Part shown: positions 40,761 through 50,398 of the stretch, in pieces | Layout of the letters: each line of letters starts with the position of its first letter | Numbering within the stretch: the first letter of the stretch is position 1 | NCBI GenBank assembly: GCA_032250835.1 | Contig: JAVVEA010000001.1 | Span: forward strand, 542,765-606,764 | From: a bacterium | Lineage (GTDB): Bacteria > SAR324 > XYD2-FULL-50-16 | Length of the DNA: 64,000 nucleotides | Direction of reading: 5' to 3' | Translations under genes and position numbers: made by a program | Notes under the pieces: generated by a model | What the model was told of the DNA's origin: nothing | Databases searched by the model: none | The model's input: the letters and a program-made list of their open reading frames with translations, nothing else

Positions 40761-43168
40761 TAGGCCCTCCTCCCAAAGGAATAAGAGTGCAACACCACTA
40801 ACAACGAACTAAGGCTCATCGAAAGAGCGGCCAGCACGGGAATCACCCAGCCAACCAGCGCCAAGGGCACCACGAAGAGATTGTAGCCAAAGGAAAGGGC
40901 CAGATTTCCTCGGAGTAGTTTGGCGGTGCCCAAAGCGATTTGCCGAGCCCGCAACAAACCCTTTGGGTCGCCGTTGAGCAAAATCAGATCGGCCAAAGCC
41001 AACGACTTGACCGCACCTTGCCCCATCACCAACCCCAACTGGGCTTGAGCCAAGGCCGGGGCGTCGTTGATCCCGTCACCGGCCATCCATACTTTTGCTC
41101 CCTGGGCTTGAAGTGCTTGGACATAAGCCAATTTATCCTGAGGCGTCTGTTCGGCGTGCCAGTTCTCGATCCCCACCTCTTGGGCCGATTGCCGGACCGG
41201 ACCCGGCCGGTCGCCGCTGAGCAGGTGCAACTTCAATCCAGACTGGCCAAGCGCATGGCAGGTCTGGGCAGCATTGGCTTTGAGGCGGTCCGCCAACGCA
41301 TAAAGCGCCACCAAGCGCCCTGCCATAGCCAGCCCAAACAAACTGGCCTCGGGCCACTGGACGGCCAATTCTCGGGCTCCGACGGGCCAATCCTTCTCAG
41401 CCGCCCAATCGGGGTTGCCCCCGCGTACTTCTAGGCCGTCGAACCGGGCCAAGATGCCCAATCCGGGGACTTCACGGTAGCCTTCGGGTTGCGCCGCCTC
41501 GCCCTTAACACCCAAATATTGGCTAAGAGCTTGAGCCACCGGATGGCTGGATTTAGAAACCAGTGCCTGGGCCACCGCCGGGGCAAATAGCAGGTCGCTC
41601 CACTGCCCTACCACCTGCGGTCGACCCAGGCTGAGGGTACCGGTTTTATCCAACACCAAATCGGTGATCTCGCCCAATTGTTCCAGGCCGTCGGCCCCTT
41701 TAAACAAGATCCCCTCCTGGGCGGCTTTGGCCAAGCCGCTCAAGTAAGCCAGCGGCGTGGCCAAAGCCAAGGCACAGGGGCAGGCGATGACCAAAACGGC
41801 TACCGCAATGGCAAATCCCTGATTCCAATTGAGGGCCCAAGTCCAATAGCCGAAACTGCCCAGCGCCAAAAGGGAAATCACCGCCACAAAGTGGCGCGAT
41901 AACCGGTCGGCGAGCCGCTCAAAAGAGGGCTTGTTTTCGATGGCGCTTTCGATCAACTCCAAAATGCGGTTGGCCGTGGCTTGGTCCGAAGTATGCTCGA
42001 CGCGGTAAAAAAAATGACCCTCTTGGTTGAGACTAGTCGCGTAAACCCAGTCGCCCGGTTGTTTGGCCACCGGTGTGGCTTCACCGGTCAAAAAGGACTC
42101 ATCCAAAGAAGGGTACCCCTCAACCACTCGCCCGTCGGCCAACAGCGGCTCGTGCGGAAGCGCCTCTAGAGTCCAGCCCGGCTGGATATCGGCGGCAGGA
42201 CAACTTTGGATTTGGCCCTTAACCTGCCGCAGCGCCCGCTTGGGCAGTCGGTCGGCCAGTTGGTCGCCTCGGTCGAAAATCGCCTTTAAGCTCAGCGATT
42301 CTAGCAACTTGGCGCCTAAGATAAAGGTGATCAGCATCACGGCGGCTTCGAAGTAAGTCTCGCCCCAGCCGAACAGCGCGGCAGCACTAGAGTAGCCCCA
42401 AATCAGCAAGCCACTAGCGGCAATTTGAAAATCCATCCCCAGCAGCCCGTGCTTTAGACCCTGCCAAGCGCCCTTCAAAAAGCTACGGCCCGAATAGAAT
42501 ACAACCGGTGTTGCCAATAAAAATCCAGTTAAATCAAAAAGATGATTGAATTTGGCTTCCATCCCCTGAAAATATCCTGCCCATTGGGCGATGGCGACCC
42601 ACATGAGGTTCATGGAAGCGAAGAGCGCCACCACGAAAGAAATGTAACGTTCTTTGCTATGACGTTCGGGTTCTTCGGAACAACCCGGCGAGTAGGGATG
42701 AGCGTCGTAGCCGATGCTGCGGATGGTCTCAAAAATCTGTGTTAGATTCACCCTTTGGGGGTTCCAGGTGATCGTTGCTTTATGGGTCGAGTAGTTGACC
42801 CGGGCTTCGATCACTCCGGGCATTTGCTCCAAAATATTTTCGTTGAGCCAAACGCAAGCGGCGCAGTGCAAGCCCGAAAGGACTAGGCGCATCTTGAAAT
42901 AATCACCCTGCGTTTGTGCATGGCGCAAGATCAGTTGGTCTTCGTCGAGTCCTTCCAAGTCACCGGTAGCGAGTGGCTTACCTCCAGACTCTAGTTGGCG
43001 TTTTTGATAAAAGTCGCCCAAACCAGCCCCTTGAATCATCCGGTAGGCCCCTTCGCAGCCGTGGCAGCAAAAGGACAACTCTTGACCGTTGAGCTGCGTA
43101 GACACCCGTTGCTCCGGCGTTATGGGCGCTAGGCAATGGATACAGAAAAGGTGGCTGGGGCGGTTCAT
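40760..43168 (-). CDS. ccoI: Copper P1B-type ATPase
   Basis: CIHC, FCCHGC, HCAAC, CPC, DKTGT, GDGIND. Confidence 0.93.
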   Translation of the reverse strand: MNRPSHLFCIHCLAPITPEQRVSTQLNGQELSFCCHGCEGAYRMIQGAGLGDFYQKRQLESGGKPLATGDLEGLDEDQLILRHAQTQGDYFKMRLVLSGLHCAACVWLNENILEQMPGVIEARVNYSTHKATITWNPQRVNLTQIFETIRSIGYDAHPYSPGCSEEPERHSKERYISFVVALFASMNLMWVAIAQWAGYFQGMEAKFNHLFDLTGFLLATPVVFYSGRSFLKGAWQGLKHGLLGMDFQIAASGLLIWGYSSAAALFGWGETYFEAAVMLITFILGAKLLESLSLKAIFDRGDQLADRLPKRALRQVKGQIQSCPAADIQPGWTLEALPHEPLLADGRVVEGYPSLDESFLTGEATPVAKQPGDWVYATSLNQEGHFFYRVEHTSDQATANRILELIESAIENKPSFERLADRLSRHFVAVISLLALGSFGYWTWALNWNQGFAIAVAVLVIACPCALALATPLAYLSGLAKAAQEGILFKGADGLEQLGEITDLVLDKTGTLSLGRPQVVGQWSDLLFAPAVAQALVSKSSHPVAQALSQYLGVKGEAAQPEGYREVPGLGILARFDGLEVRGGNPDWAAEKDWPVGARELAVQWPEASLFGLAMAGRLVALYALADRLKANAAQTCHALGQSGLKLHLLSGDRPGPVRQSAQEVGIENWHAEQTPQDKLAYVQALQAQGAKVWMAGDGINDAPALAQAQLGLVMGQGAVKSLALADLILLNGDPKGLLRARQIALGTAKLLRGNLALSFGYNLFVVPLALVGWVIPVLAALSMSLSSLLVVLHSYSFGRRA

Positions 43169-43169
43169 C

Positions 43170-43724
43170 TCAATCCATCTGGCTTTTGCAGACCTGCCCA
43201 GGTGCCAACAGGCGGCCCGGGGCGCCCGGCTGGTGGGGGAGGTAATAAACAAACTGCCGGGCGACCTCTAAGCCCCCTACCTGAACGTAAGTGTTAAGGT
43301 GCCAGCAGCCCCCCTGTGAAAGTGCCTGCGGCTCGAAGCGGTAAAGGCCGTCCACGTAGACCGCTTGACCTAAAGACTGGTCTGCTTTGGTGGTCGCCGG
43401 ACGGGTCCAGAGCGCCTGGATTTGTGCCTGGGCTACGGGCTCGCCCAACCGGCTCAAGCGCAACTGGGGGGCGTTGCTGCCCAGTTGGGGCAGGCCCACT
43501 GGCTCCAAGGCATAGCTCTGCTGGGAAAAATCTCGGGCCATTTGTTCTAACTCGGCAAAGCGGTCGTCTACTTGGTGGTAGTCGTAGGGATATTGGTTAT
43601 CCAACTCCACTCGCGCATGGGTTAAGGAAAGATTGATGACCATCGAAACGGACAGCACCATGCCGCCAAAGAGCGCTAAGATAGCCCAGGGCCAATAATT
43701 CCATTGACTTGGTGTGAGGTTCAT
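43170..43724 (-). CDS. ccoH: FixH/CcoH family protein
   Basis: YWPWAI TM segment, DY..VD, TRPAT..D; position between ccoG and ccoI. Confidence 0.78.
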   Translation of the reverse strand: MNLTPSQWNYWPWAILALFGGMVLSVSMVINLSLTHARVELDNQYPYDYHQVDDRFAELEQMARDFSQQSYALEPVGLPQLGSNAPQLRLSRLGEPVAQAQIQALWTRPATTKADQSLGQAVYVDGLYRFEPQALSQGGCWHLNTYVQVGGLEVARQFVYYLPHQPGAPGRLLAPGQVCKSQMD

Positions 43725-43750
43725 CTTGTCTCCTTTGGTTAGGTTGGAGG

Positions 43751-45097
43751 TTAAGGTCCCGGTGAGATAAAAACGGTGGTCACTTCGGCCTTCATGGCCC
43801 CCGGCCCGTTTACCAATAGAGTCATTGGCTGGCTGAAAGGGCTGCGGCCCTTGGGTAAAGGCCCCATCTTCTGGATTACCAAGGTTTTTCGGACCTGTTC
43901 GCCGCCTGCAATGAAAAATTCCTGGCGCGGACGGAGCAATTTCAGCTTGGGATCATCTTTAATTAGAACCCGGAACTTCCCGCTCCGGGAGTTTTTATTG
44001 GTCACCAACAGGGTCAAATGGTTTTCCACCTGTCCGTGACGGATAGCAAACAATTCGGTGTTGCGGTTGACGTTGAGCAGAATCGGTTCGCTGCCCATAC
44101 TGCGGTAAAAGAGTACCCCAAAGGCCGCCAACAAAAGCGCCAAATAAAAGACGGTGCGGCGGCGGAGCAACTGTACACTGCTTCCGTTTAAGGCTTCTTC
44201 GGTGGTCCAATGGATCAAGCCCGGTTTGTCTTTCTTGGCCATTTGGGGCACGCAAGCGTCCACACAGTCGAGACAGGCAACACAGCCCAGTTGCAAACCC
44301 TCACGGATGTCAATCCCCGTGGGGCAGGCCTTGACACAGGCCAAGCAGTCGGTGCAGTCGCCCGACGCCTCGGTACCCTGGTATCTTCCTTTGCTGCCGT
44401 CGGGGTTGTCGCCCCGCTTATGGTCGTACAAGATAACCGGCGTTTTCTCGTCAAAGAAAACTGACTGGATGCGGGCGTAGGGGCAGGCGTACTTGCAGAA
44501 CCCTTCCTTGAACCAAACCACCGAGGCCACCAAAAAGGCCGCAAGCCCAAGCCAAAGCCCCAACAAAAACTGGTGTTTTTCGGGCCATTGAAGGGCATGG
44601 ATAAATTCCTTGGGCTCCACGAAGTACCACAGCAGATTGGCTGCCGCCAATAATGCCAACGCCGCCCAGATCACCACCGCTAGGGCATAACGCAGCTTGG
44701 CGCTGAAGTGCTTCAATTTTAAAGGTTGGTTTTTGTCCGCCACCTTGCCCAGACGTAACATCCGGAACAAGATCCAATCGCGGAAGATCATGCGGAACAG
44801 CGTCTGGGGACAACTCCAACCACAAAAAACCCGCCCCCCTAGGCTGGTGATGAAGAACAAAAAGACCGCCCCGATCAAGAGCAGCAGCGGGATCAAAAAG
44901 AGCTCTTGGGACTCGAAGCGGAGGCCTAAGAACTCAAAACGCTGGTGGACGAAGGAAAGCAGGAATAAGTGGTTTCCGTTGATCTTTATGAAGGGCAAGG
45001 CCAAAGAGACAACCGTCAGCGCCACCATGACTATTTGCCGTAGTCCATGAAAGCCCTGCAACCCCTTAAAGGCTTTGGTTAATTTCAGTTGGCCCAT
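43751..45097 (-). CDS. ccoG: cbb3 oxidase accessory ferredoxin-like protein
   Basis: GRVFCGWSCPQT, FCKYACPY, CTDCLACVKACPTGIDIR. Confidence 0.95.
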   Translation of the reverse strand: MGQLKLTKAFKGLQGFHGLRQIVMVALTVVSLALPFIKINGNHLFLLSFVHQRFEFLGLRFESQELFLIPLLLLIGAVFLFFITSLGGRVFCGWSCPQTLFRMIFRDWILFRMLRLGKVADKNQPLKLKHFSAKLRYALAVVIWAALALLAAANLLWYFVEPKEFIHALQWPEKHQFLLGLWLGLAAFLVASVVWFKEGFCKYACPYARIQSVFFDEKTPVILYDHKRGDNPDGSKGRYQGTEASGDCTDCLACVKACPTGIDIREGLQLGCVACLDCVDACVPQMAKKDKPGLIHWTTEEALNGSSVQLLRRRTVFYLALLLAAFGVLFYRSMGSEPILLNVNRNTELFAIRHGQVENHLTLLVTNKNSRSGKFRVLIKDDPKLKLLRPRQEFFIAGGEQVRKTLVIQKMGPLPKGRSPFSQPMTLLVNGPGAMKAEVTTVFISPGP

Positions 45098-45105
45098 TTG
45101 GTCCC

Positions 45106-45246
45106 CTATTCGCCAGGATTGCTTTGGTAATAATTGGTGGCGTTGTGGGCTTGGGTCTGCAATGAAAAGGTCATCAAACCGGCCCAGATGGCCACCAGAG
45201 CGAGAACCAAGATCAAAAATCCGCCCAGTCCGTTGAGTTTAAACAT
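45106..45246 (-). CDS. Small membrane protein, DUF4006-like
   Basis: MFKLNGLGGFLILVLALVAIWAGLMTFSLQTQAHNATNYY; GGAG SD; located directly after ccoP. Confidence 0.65.
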   Translation of the reverse strand: MFKLNGLGGFLILVLALVAIWAGLMTFSLQTQAHNATNYYQSNPGE

Positions 45247-45261
45247 CCTATCTCCTTGAGG

Positions 45262-46161
45262 TTATTCGACCAAACGCTGAGCCACAAAGAGGCTCAAAGC
45301 GTGGTACTGGGTTTCGGATAGCGCCGAATTGCCGAAAGCAGGCATCTTACCGATCAGCCCGTCTTTTCCAGCCTTGATGATTTCCTTAAGGTAAGTGGGT
45401 TTGCCATATTCGGTTAGGTCGGCGGCAAATCCCAGCATGCTCCCGCCCGGTCCATCGCCTTTGCCTTCGGGTCCATGGCAAACAGAACAATAGGTACCAA
45501 AGGCCTCGGCTCCGGCTTGGGGATCGCCCAAGCGGACTTCACGGCCCGAAAGGGTCATGACAAAACCAGCTATGTTCTCGGCCACTTGCTGGCGTTCTGC
45601 CTCCGTTTCACCCAACCCTTCCCATTGGGGCGGCATCATGGGGTTCAGTTTATTCAACCCTTGGCTGCCTTGCTGGATCACGGTGATCACGTGGGTTTCG
45701 GAACCAAAGGCGATCAAGTCGGCAGCGCGGCCATTCTGGCCGTCCCCGGTCAGACCATGACAGGCCGAACATTTGTCGTTAAACAAGCTCTCGCCCATAT
45801 CGGCCAATTGCTCGTCACTCGCGTCTTCCCATTGTTTTTCAAAGATTTCTTGGTACTTGTCCACCTCGGTATGGTATTGTTCAGTCTGCGAGAAGTTGAA
45901 CAGCGGATAGCCCCAGACGGCGTACCAGACCGTAAAGGCGATCGTCGCAACCCCAACGATATGCATCACCTTGGGAGCCGGGTTGTCTTGTTCTTTGATG
46001 CCGTCAAAGGATTCGTCCAATTCACGGCCTTGAACACCACTCTTTTGGCTCATCTGACGCCACAAGAAACCAGCCAGACCCACCACCAAAACGGCAATAG
46101 CCACTGCGAAGATCAGGGTGGCCTGAGATTCACTGTCGATCATGAAATTTGCGGCAAACAT
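45262..46161 (-). CDS. ccoP: cbb3 oxidase subunit III (diheme)
   Basis: FDGIKEQDNPAP, CSACHG, CSVCHG, MPAF. Confidence 0.93.
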   Translation of the reverse strand: MFAANFMIDSESQATLIFAVAIAVLVVGLAGFLWRQMSQKSGVQGRELDESFDGIKEQDNPAPKVMHIVGVATIAFTVWYAVWGYPLFNFSQTEQYHTEVDKYQEIFEKQWEDASDEQLADMGESLFNDKCSACHGLTGDGQNGRAADLIAFGSETHVITVIQQGSQGLNKLNPMMPPQWEGLGETEAERQQVAENIAGFVMTLSGREVRLGDPQAGAEAFGTYCSVCHGPEGKGDGPGGSMLGFAADLTEYGKPTYLKEIIKAGKDGLIGKMPAFGNSALSETQYHALSLFVAQRLVE

Positions 46162-46168
46162 CTGCTTC

Positions 46169-46333
46169 CTAGTCTTTGGGGTTGAGAGGTCGGTTGTCTT
46201 GCAGGGGGATCATTCCACCTCGCTCGATACGCAGGCGGCGGTCTTTATCGCCCCACAGATAAGCAATGTAGAGGTACAGCACCCCGGCCATCCCTCCGGT
46301 AAAAAACAAGTAAAGCCATTGTCTCCAGTCCAT
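46169..46333 (-). CDS. ccoQ: cbb3 oxidase subunit IV
   Basis: MDWRQWLYLFFTGGMAGVLYLYIAYLWGDK..IPLQD; between ccoO and ccoP. Confidence 0.8.
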   Translation of the reverse strand: MDWRQWLYLFFTGGMAGVLYLYIAYLWGDKDRRLRIERGGMIPLQDNRPLNPKD

Positions 46334-46344
46334 TTGTATGCTCC

Positions 46345-47022
46345 TTACTTGAGTGAGTTGAGGTAAGCGATTAAGGCGACGACCTGCTTGATTTCACCTT
46401 GGGCAAAGGCTTCTTTGACCTGCCTTGACTTCATGGCCGCCACAATGGGTTCGGCCTCGCGCAAAGCGTTTTGTTTCATTTGTTCCAAGTCGCCCAAAGG
46501 GGGCTGACCCGGCTGGTCATAGGGGACGTTGTACACTTGTTTGACCGTTAACATCTCGGCAAAGGCCGTTTCTAGGTCTGCGGGCTCTTCAAACAACCAA
46601 GGGAAGTTGGGCATGTTGGTGCCGGGGCTAACCGAACTCGATCGTTCAAAATGGGCCTCATGCCAGTCCGTGGTGCGGTAGTTGCCTACCCGCAGCAGAT
46701 CGGGTCCAGTGCGCTTAGAGCCCCAAAGAAAGGGGCGGTCGTAGGCATATTCACCGGATTTACTGAAAGCCCCATAGCGGTCCGTTTCGGCCTTAAAGGG
46801 GCGGATCAGTTGGCTGTGGCAGGCGTTGCAAGACTCCTGAATATAGACCTGTCGCCCCGTCAGTTGTAGGGCGGTATAGGGCTGTTCCCCTTGGATTGGT
46901 CGCGAGTTTTCAAAAAATGAGGGGATCACCTCGACGATGCCGCCGATCACGATGAGCGCGAAGATCGCGCCGCCAAACCAAAAGGGCCGTCGTTCAATCG
47001 CATGGAATAAAGCTTTAAACAT
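46345..47022 (-). CDS. ccoO: cbb3 oxidase subunit II
   Basis: CNACHSQLIRP, WGSKRTGPDL. Confidence 0.96.
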   Translation of the reverse strand: MFKALFHAIERRPFWFGGAIFALIVIGGIVEVIPSFFENSRPIQGEQPYTALQLTGRQVYIQESCNACHSQLIRPFKAETDRYGAFSKSGEYAYDRPFLWGSKRTGPDLLRVGNYRTTDWHEAHFERSSSVSPGTNMPNFPWLFEEPADLETAFAEMLTVKQVYNVPYDQPGQPPLGDLEQMKQNALREAEPIVAAMKSRQVKEAFAQGEIKQVVALIAYLNSLK

Positions 47023-47030
47023 GACTCTCC

Positions 47031-48479
47031 TTATGCGCTTAGCGGTTCAGCCACCGTCGCCATGGCGGCCTTGGGTGCGCTGTTGATAGTTTTAACGATG
47101 TTGTAGACAAACAAGACGAAACCGCCGAGGAAAAGGGCCCCGCCGATGCCACGCATCGCCCAGTAGGGATACAAGGCGCGGACGGTATCTAAGAAACTAT
47201 AGGCTAGGTTTCCGTATTGGTCGGTGGCGCGCCACATCATCCCCTGGGTGATCCCGGCGACCCACATGCTAGAGAAGTAAAAGACAATTCCCAGCGACTG
47301 CACCCAAAACTGGGTTGTGGCTAATTTGATGGAGTGTAACTCGGTTTTCCACATGCGCGGAACCATGTGATAAATCGCGGCAATGATGGTGAAAGCCACC
47401 CAGCCCAAGGCCCCGTTGTGCACATGGCCAACGATCCAGTCCGTAAAGTGAGCCAAGGCGTTGACCGATTTGATGGCCTGGGTCGAGCCTTCTAACGTCG
47501 CGAAGCCGTAAAAAGTGGAACCCACCACCAAGAATTTTAAGACCGGGTCGGTCTTGAGCTGTTCCCACTTGCCCTTGACGGTCATCATCATGTTGATCAT
47601 GGAGCCCCAACTCGGCAGGATCAAAACGATCGAAAAAAGCATGCCCAAGGTTTGGACCCAATCGGGCACGGTCGAATAAAGTAGGTGGTGTGGACCGGCC
47701 CAGAGGTAAAGGAAGATCAAGCCCCAGAAAGACCAAAGGGAAAGCTTGTAGCTATAAACTGGCTGGTTGACTTGTTTGGGGATGAAATAATAGGCCATGG
47801 CGATGATCGGCACCGTCAGGACAAAGGCCACCGCATTGTGGCCAAACCACCACTGCACGTTCGCGTCATTGGTGCCCGCATAACCCGAAACGGCATGCAG
47901 CCAAGATCCTGTACCGGCGATCAGGCGGGTGGGGATGGCGAAGTTGTTAAAAAGATACAACATGCCCACGCCCAAAAAGGAGGCCATATAATACCAGATC
48001 GAAACGTACAGCGTCTTTTCGCGCCTTGCACCGACCATGGCAAAGATATGGGCCCCCCAAGTGAGCCACATGACTACCACCAAAATGTCTAAGGGCCATT
48101 GCAACTCAGCATATTCTTTGCTGCTAGTGACGCCTAAAAAGAGCGATAAGGCCCCCAAAGCTAACAGAAGGTTGTAGATCACCAAATGGAACTTAGCCAA
48201 ACCGGGAAGCACCATGGGCACCCGCAGTACCCGCTGAGAAACGTAGTACCAAGTCGAAAAAATACCTGAGAGGGTGAAACCATAAATCACCGCATTGGTG
48301 TGGATTGGACGCAGGCGGTTGAAGCTAAGGTAAGGCAGGTCAAAGTTAAGGACCGGGAAAGCTAACTCTAAGGCAATCCACAGCCCCACCGACATGCCCA
48401 CCACGCCCCAGACTAAGGCCGAGAGAACAAAGCCCTTGGCGACGGAATAATCATATTCGTTGGGTACCGTTTGGCTCAT
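47031..48479 (-). CDS. ccoN: cbb3 oxidase subunit I
   Basis: RLRPIHTN, QWWFGHNAV, WAGPHHL, DWIVGHVHNGALGW. Confidence 0.97.
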   Translation of the reverse strand: MSQTVPNEYDYSVAKGFVLSALVWGVVGMSVGLWIALELAFPVLNFDLPYLSFNRLRPIHTNAVIYGFTLSGIFSTWYYVSQRVLRVPMVLPGLAKFHLVIYNLLLALGALSLFLGVTSSKEYAELQWPLDILVVVMWLTWGAHIFAMVGARREKTLYVSIWYYMASFLGVGMLYLFNNFAIPTRLIAGTGSWLHAVSGYAGTNDANVQWWFGHNAVAFVLTVPIIAMAYYFIPKQVNQPVYSYKLSLWSFWGLIFLYLWAGPHHLLYSTVPDWVQTLGMLFSIVLILPSWGSMINMMMTVKGKWEQLKTDPVLKFLVVGSTFYGFATLEGSTQAIKSVNALAHFTDWIVGHVHNGALGWVAFTIIAAIYHMVPRMWKTELHSIKLATTQFWVQSLGIVFYFSSMWVAGITQGMMWRATDQYGNLAYSFLDTVRALYPYWAMRGIGGALFLGGFVLFVYNIVKTINSAPKAAMATVAEPLSA

Positions 48480-48668
48480 GACATCCTTGGGGGAAAGACA
48501 TTGGGGAAATTGTTGGCTTCATTGTAACCTACTAAAAACAACAATTTCTATTTGGAAAACTGCTGTACCTTGCCTAGCAAAATTCCCATACCGGTCATGG
48601 TGAATTCCCAATATGCTCGCTATGAGCTATGCTGTATTTAGAAAGAAACCTAAGAACAAAAGACTGCC

Positions 48669-49310
48669 ATGAAGCTCCGTTTGCTGCTGGTCGATGATCA
48701 ACTGATGTTTCTTGAAATGCTGCGTTCTGCACTTGATGCAGAGCCCGATTTTGAAGTGATCGGGACGGCGGCTAAGATTCAAGAGGCCCTGTCTTTGGCC
48801 GCCGAGCACCTGCCGGACTTTGTCTTGATCGATTACGAACTCAACGGCGAGGATGGCGCCAGCCTAGCCAAAGCCCTGAGCGGTGCCCACCCGGGGATGA
48901 AGGTATTGGCGCTCAGCTCGCATATTGAACCCGAAGTGGTGGTGCGGATGCTGGCCGCCGGGGCAGTGGGCTATTTAGACAAATCAGCACCGATCAGCCA
49001 GTTGATTGAAGTGATCCGCTTGATCACCAAACACCGGGTCTACCTCTGCCCGGATTTCGGGCAAATTTCCCGCTGGGTCAGCCGTGGTGAAGCCCCCGAA
49101 GGCCCCGACCCGCGCCTAAACGAAAAAGAAGTGGAAATCATCCGCCTTCTGGCCGAAGGGTACGCCAGCAAAGAGATTGCCGACCAGTTGTCACTCAGCA
49201 CCAAGACAGTAGATGTCTACCGCCAGAAGATTCGCGGCATGTTGGGCTTAGACTCGGTGGCCAGCTTGACTAAGTACGCCCTAAAAACGGGCCTGATCTC
49301 CTTAGACTGA
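48669..49310 (+). CDS. NarL/LuxR family response regulator
   Basis: REC domain plus SKEIADQLSLSTKTVDVYR HTH. Confidence 0.93.
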   Translation: MKLRLLLVDDQLMFLEMLRSALDAEPDFEVIGTAAKIQEALSLAAEHLPDFVLIDYELNGEDGASLAKALSGAHPGMKVLALSSHIEPEVVVRMLAAGAVGYLDKSAPISQLIEVIRLITKHRVYLCPDFGQISRWVSRGEAPEGPDPRLNEKEVEIIRLLAEGYASKEIADQLSLSTKTVDVYRQKIRGMLGLDSVASLTKYALKTGLISLD

Positions 49311-50398
49311 TGGCGGATTTTAAACTCTTGATCGTTGATGACTTGGCCGAAAACCTACAGGCCATCGCCGCTAGTTTGGAGGGGACGGGCTACGATATGG
49401 CCTTTGCCCTCAGCGGGGAAGAGGCTTTAGAAAAATGCGCCGCCACCGACTTCGACCTGGTTATGTTGGACCTGATGATGCCTGGCATTGACGGCATGGA
49501 GGTCTTGTACCGTCTACGGATCAACCCCAGCACCGCCGACATCCCGGTGGTGATCGTCTCGGCGAAACGGGAGCTAGACATCAATCTTCAGGCCCTTGAG
49601 TTGGGGGCGGTAGACTACCTAGCCAAGCCCTTCGACAAGCGCGAACTGCTGCTGCGGGTGCGCAATCAGTTGGAACTACGGGGCACCCGCAAGGCGCTAG
49701 AAGAGGCCAACCGGGTTAAGGACCGGTTTCTTTCGCTTTTGGCCCATGACCTCAAAGCCCCCTTGGGTTTGGTCTTCCAGCAGGCAGCCCAAGGCCTCAA
49801 ACAGACCGATGTTCCCGAAGGGGGAGCGCTGCACCAACGTTTTGAAGCGATCCAAAAAAGTGCCCAAGGGGGGTTGGATTTGATCCAACAGCTTCTGGAC
49901 TGGGGACGATTGCACCAGGGGAACGTCCCCTTCCGACCACGCCGGTTTGACCTTTTTGAAGTTGCCGAAAGAGTCAAAAGGTACCTTGAGGACGCCGCTC
50001 AGAACAAAGGGGTTTGCCTGGAGAACCGAATAGCTCGGGGCAGTGGCGTCTGGGCGGACCCTGAAATGGTCGAAGCGATTTTACGCAACCTGATAGGTAA
50101 TAGCTTAAAATACACCGAACAGGGCGGCCAAGTCTTCGTTTGCGCCACCTCGGTTGGCCCGAACCTGATGGTAGAGGTTTTGGATCAGGGCTGCGGGATA
50201 CCACCAGAGCGTCTCAAACAACTCTTTTTGCCGGGAGGCCTGAACAGTACGGAAGGGACCGAAGGTGAGCGGGGCAGCGGCTTGGGCCTGTCTTTGTGTC
50301 AGGCCTTGGCTGCCCAACATCACACCCGGATTCAGGCTGAATCGACTCCCGGTGAGGGCAGCCGCTTTTACTTTTCCCTGGCCCAGGAGTCCGCTTGA
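49310..50398 (+). CDS. REC-HisKA-HATPase hybrid kinase
   Basis: LVMLDLMMP; LAHDLKAP; NLIGNSLKY; GSGLGL. Confidence 0.92.
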   Translation: MADFKLLIVDDLAENLQAIAASLEGTGYDMAFALSGEEALEKCAATDFDLVMLDLMMPGIDGMEVLYRLRINPSTADIPVVIVSAKRELDINLQALELGAVDYLAKPFDKRELLLRVRNQLELRGTRKALEEANRVKDRFLSLLAHDLKAPLGLVFQQAAQGLKQTDVPEGGALHQRFEAIQKSAQGGLDLIQQLLDWGRLHQGNVPFRPRRFDLFEVAERVKRYLEDAAQNKGVCLENRIARGSGVWADPEMVEAILRNLIGNSLKYTEQGGQVFVCATSVGPNLMVEVLDQGCGIPPERLKQLFLPGGLNSTEGTEGERGSGLGLSLCQALAAQHHTRIQAESTPGEGSRFYFSLAQESA

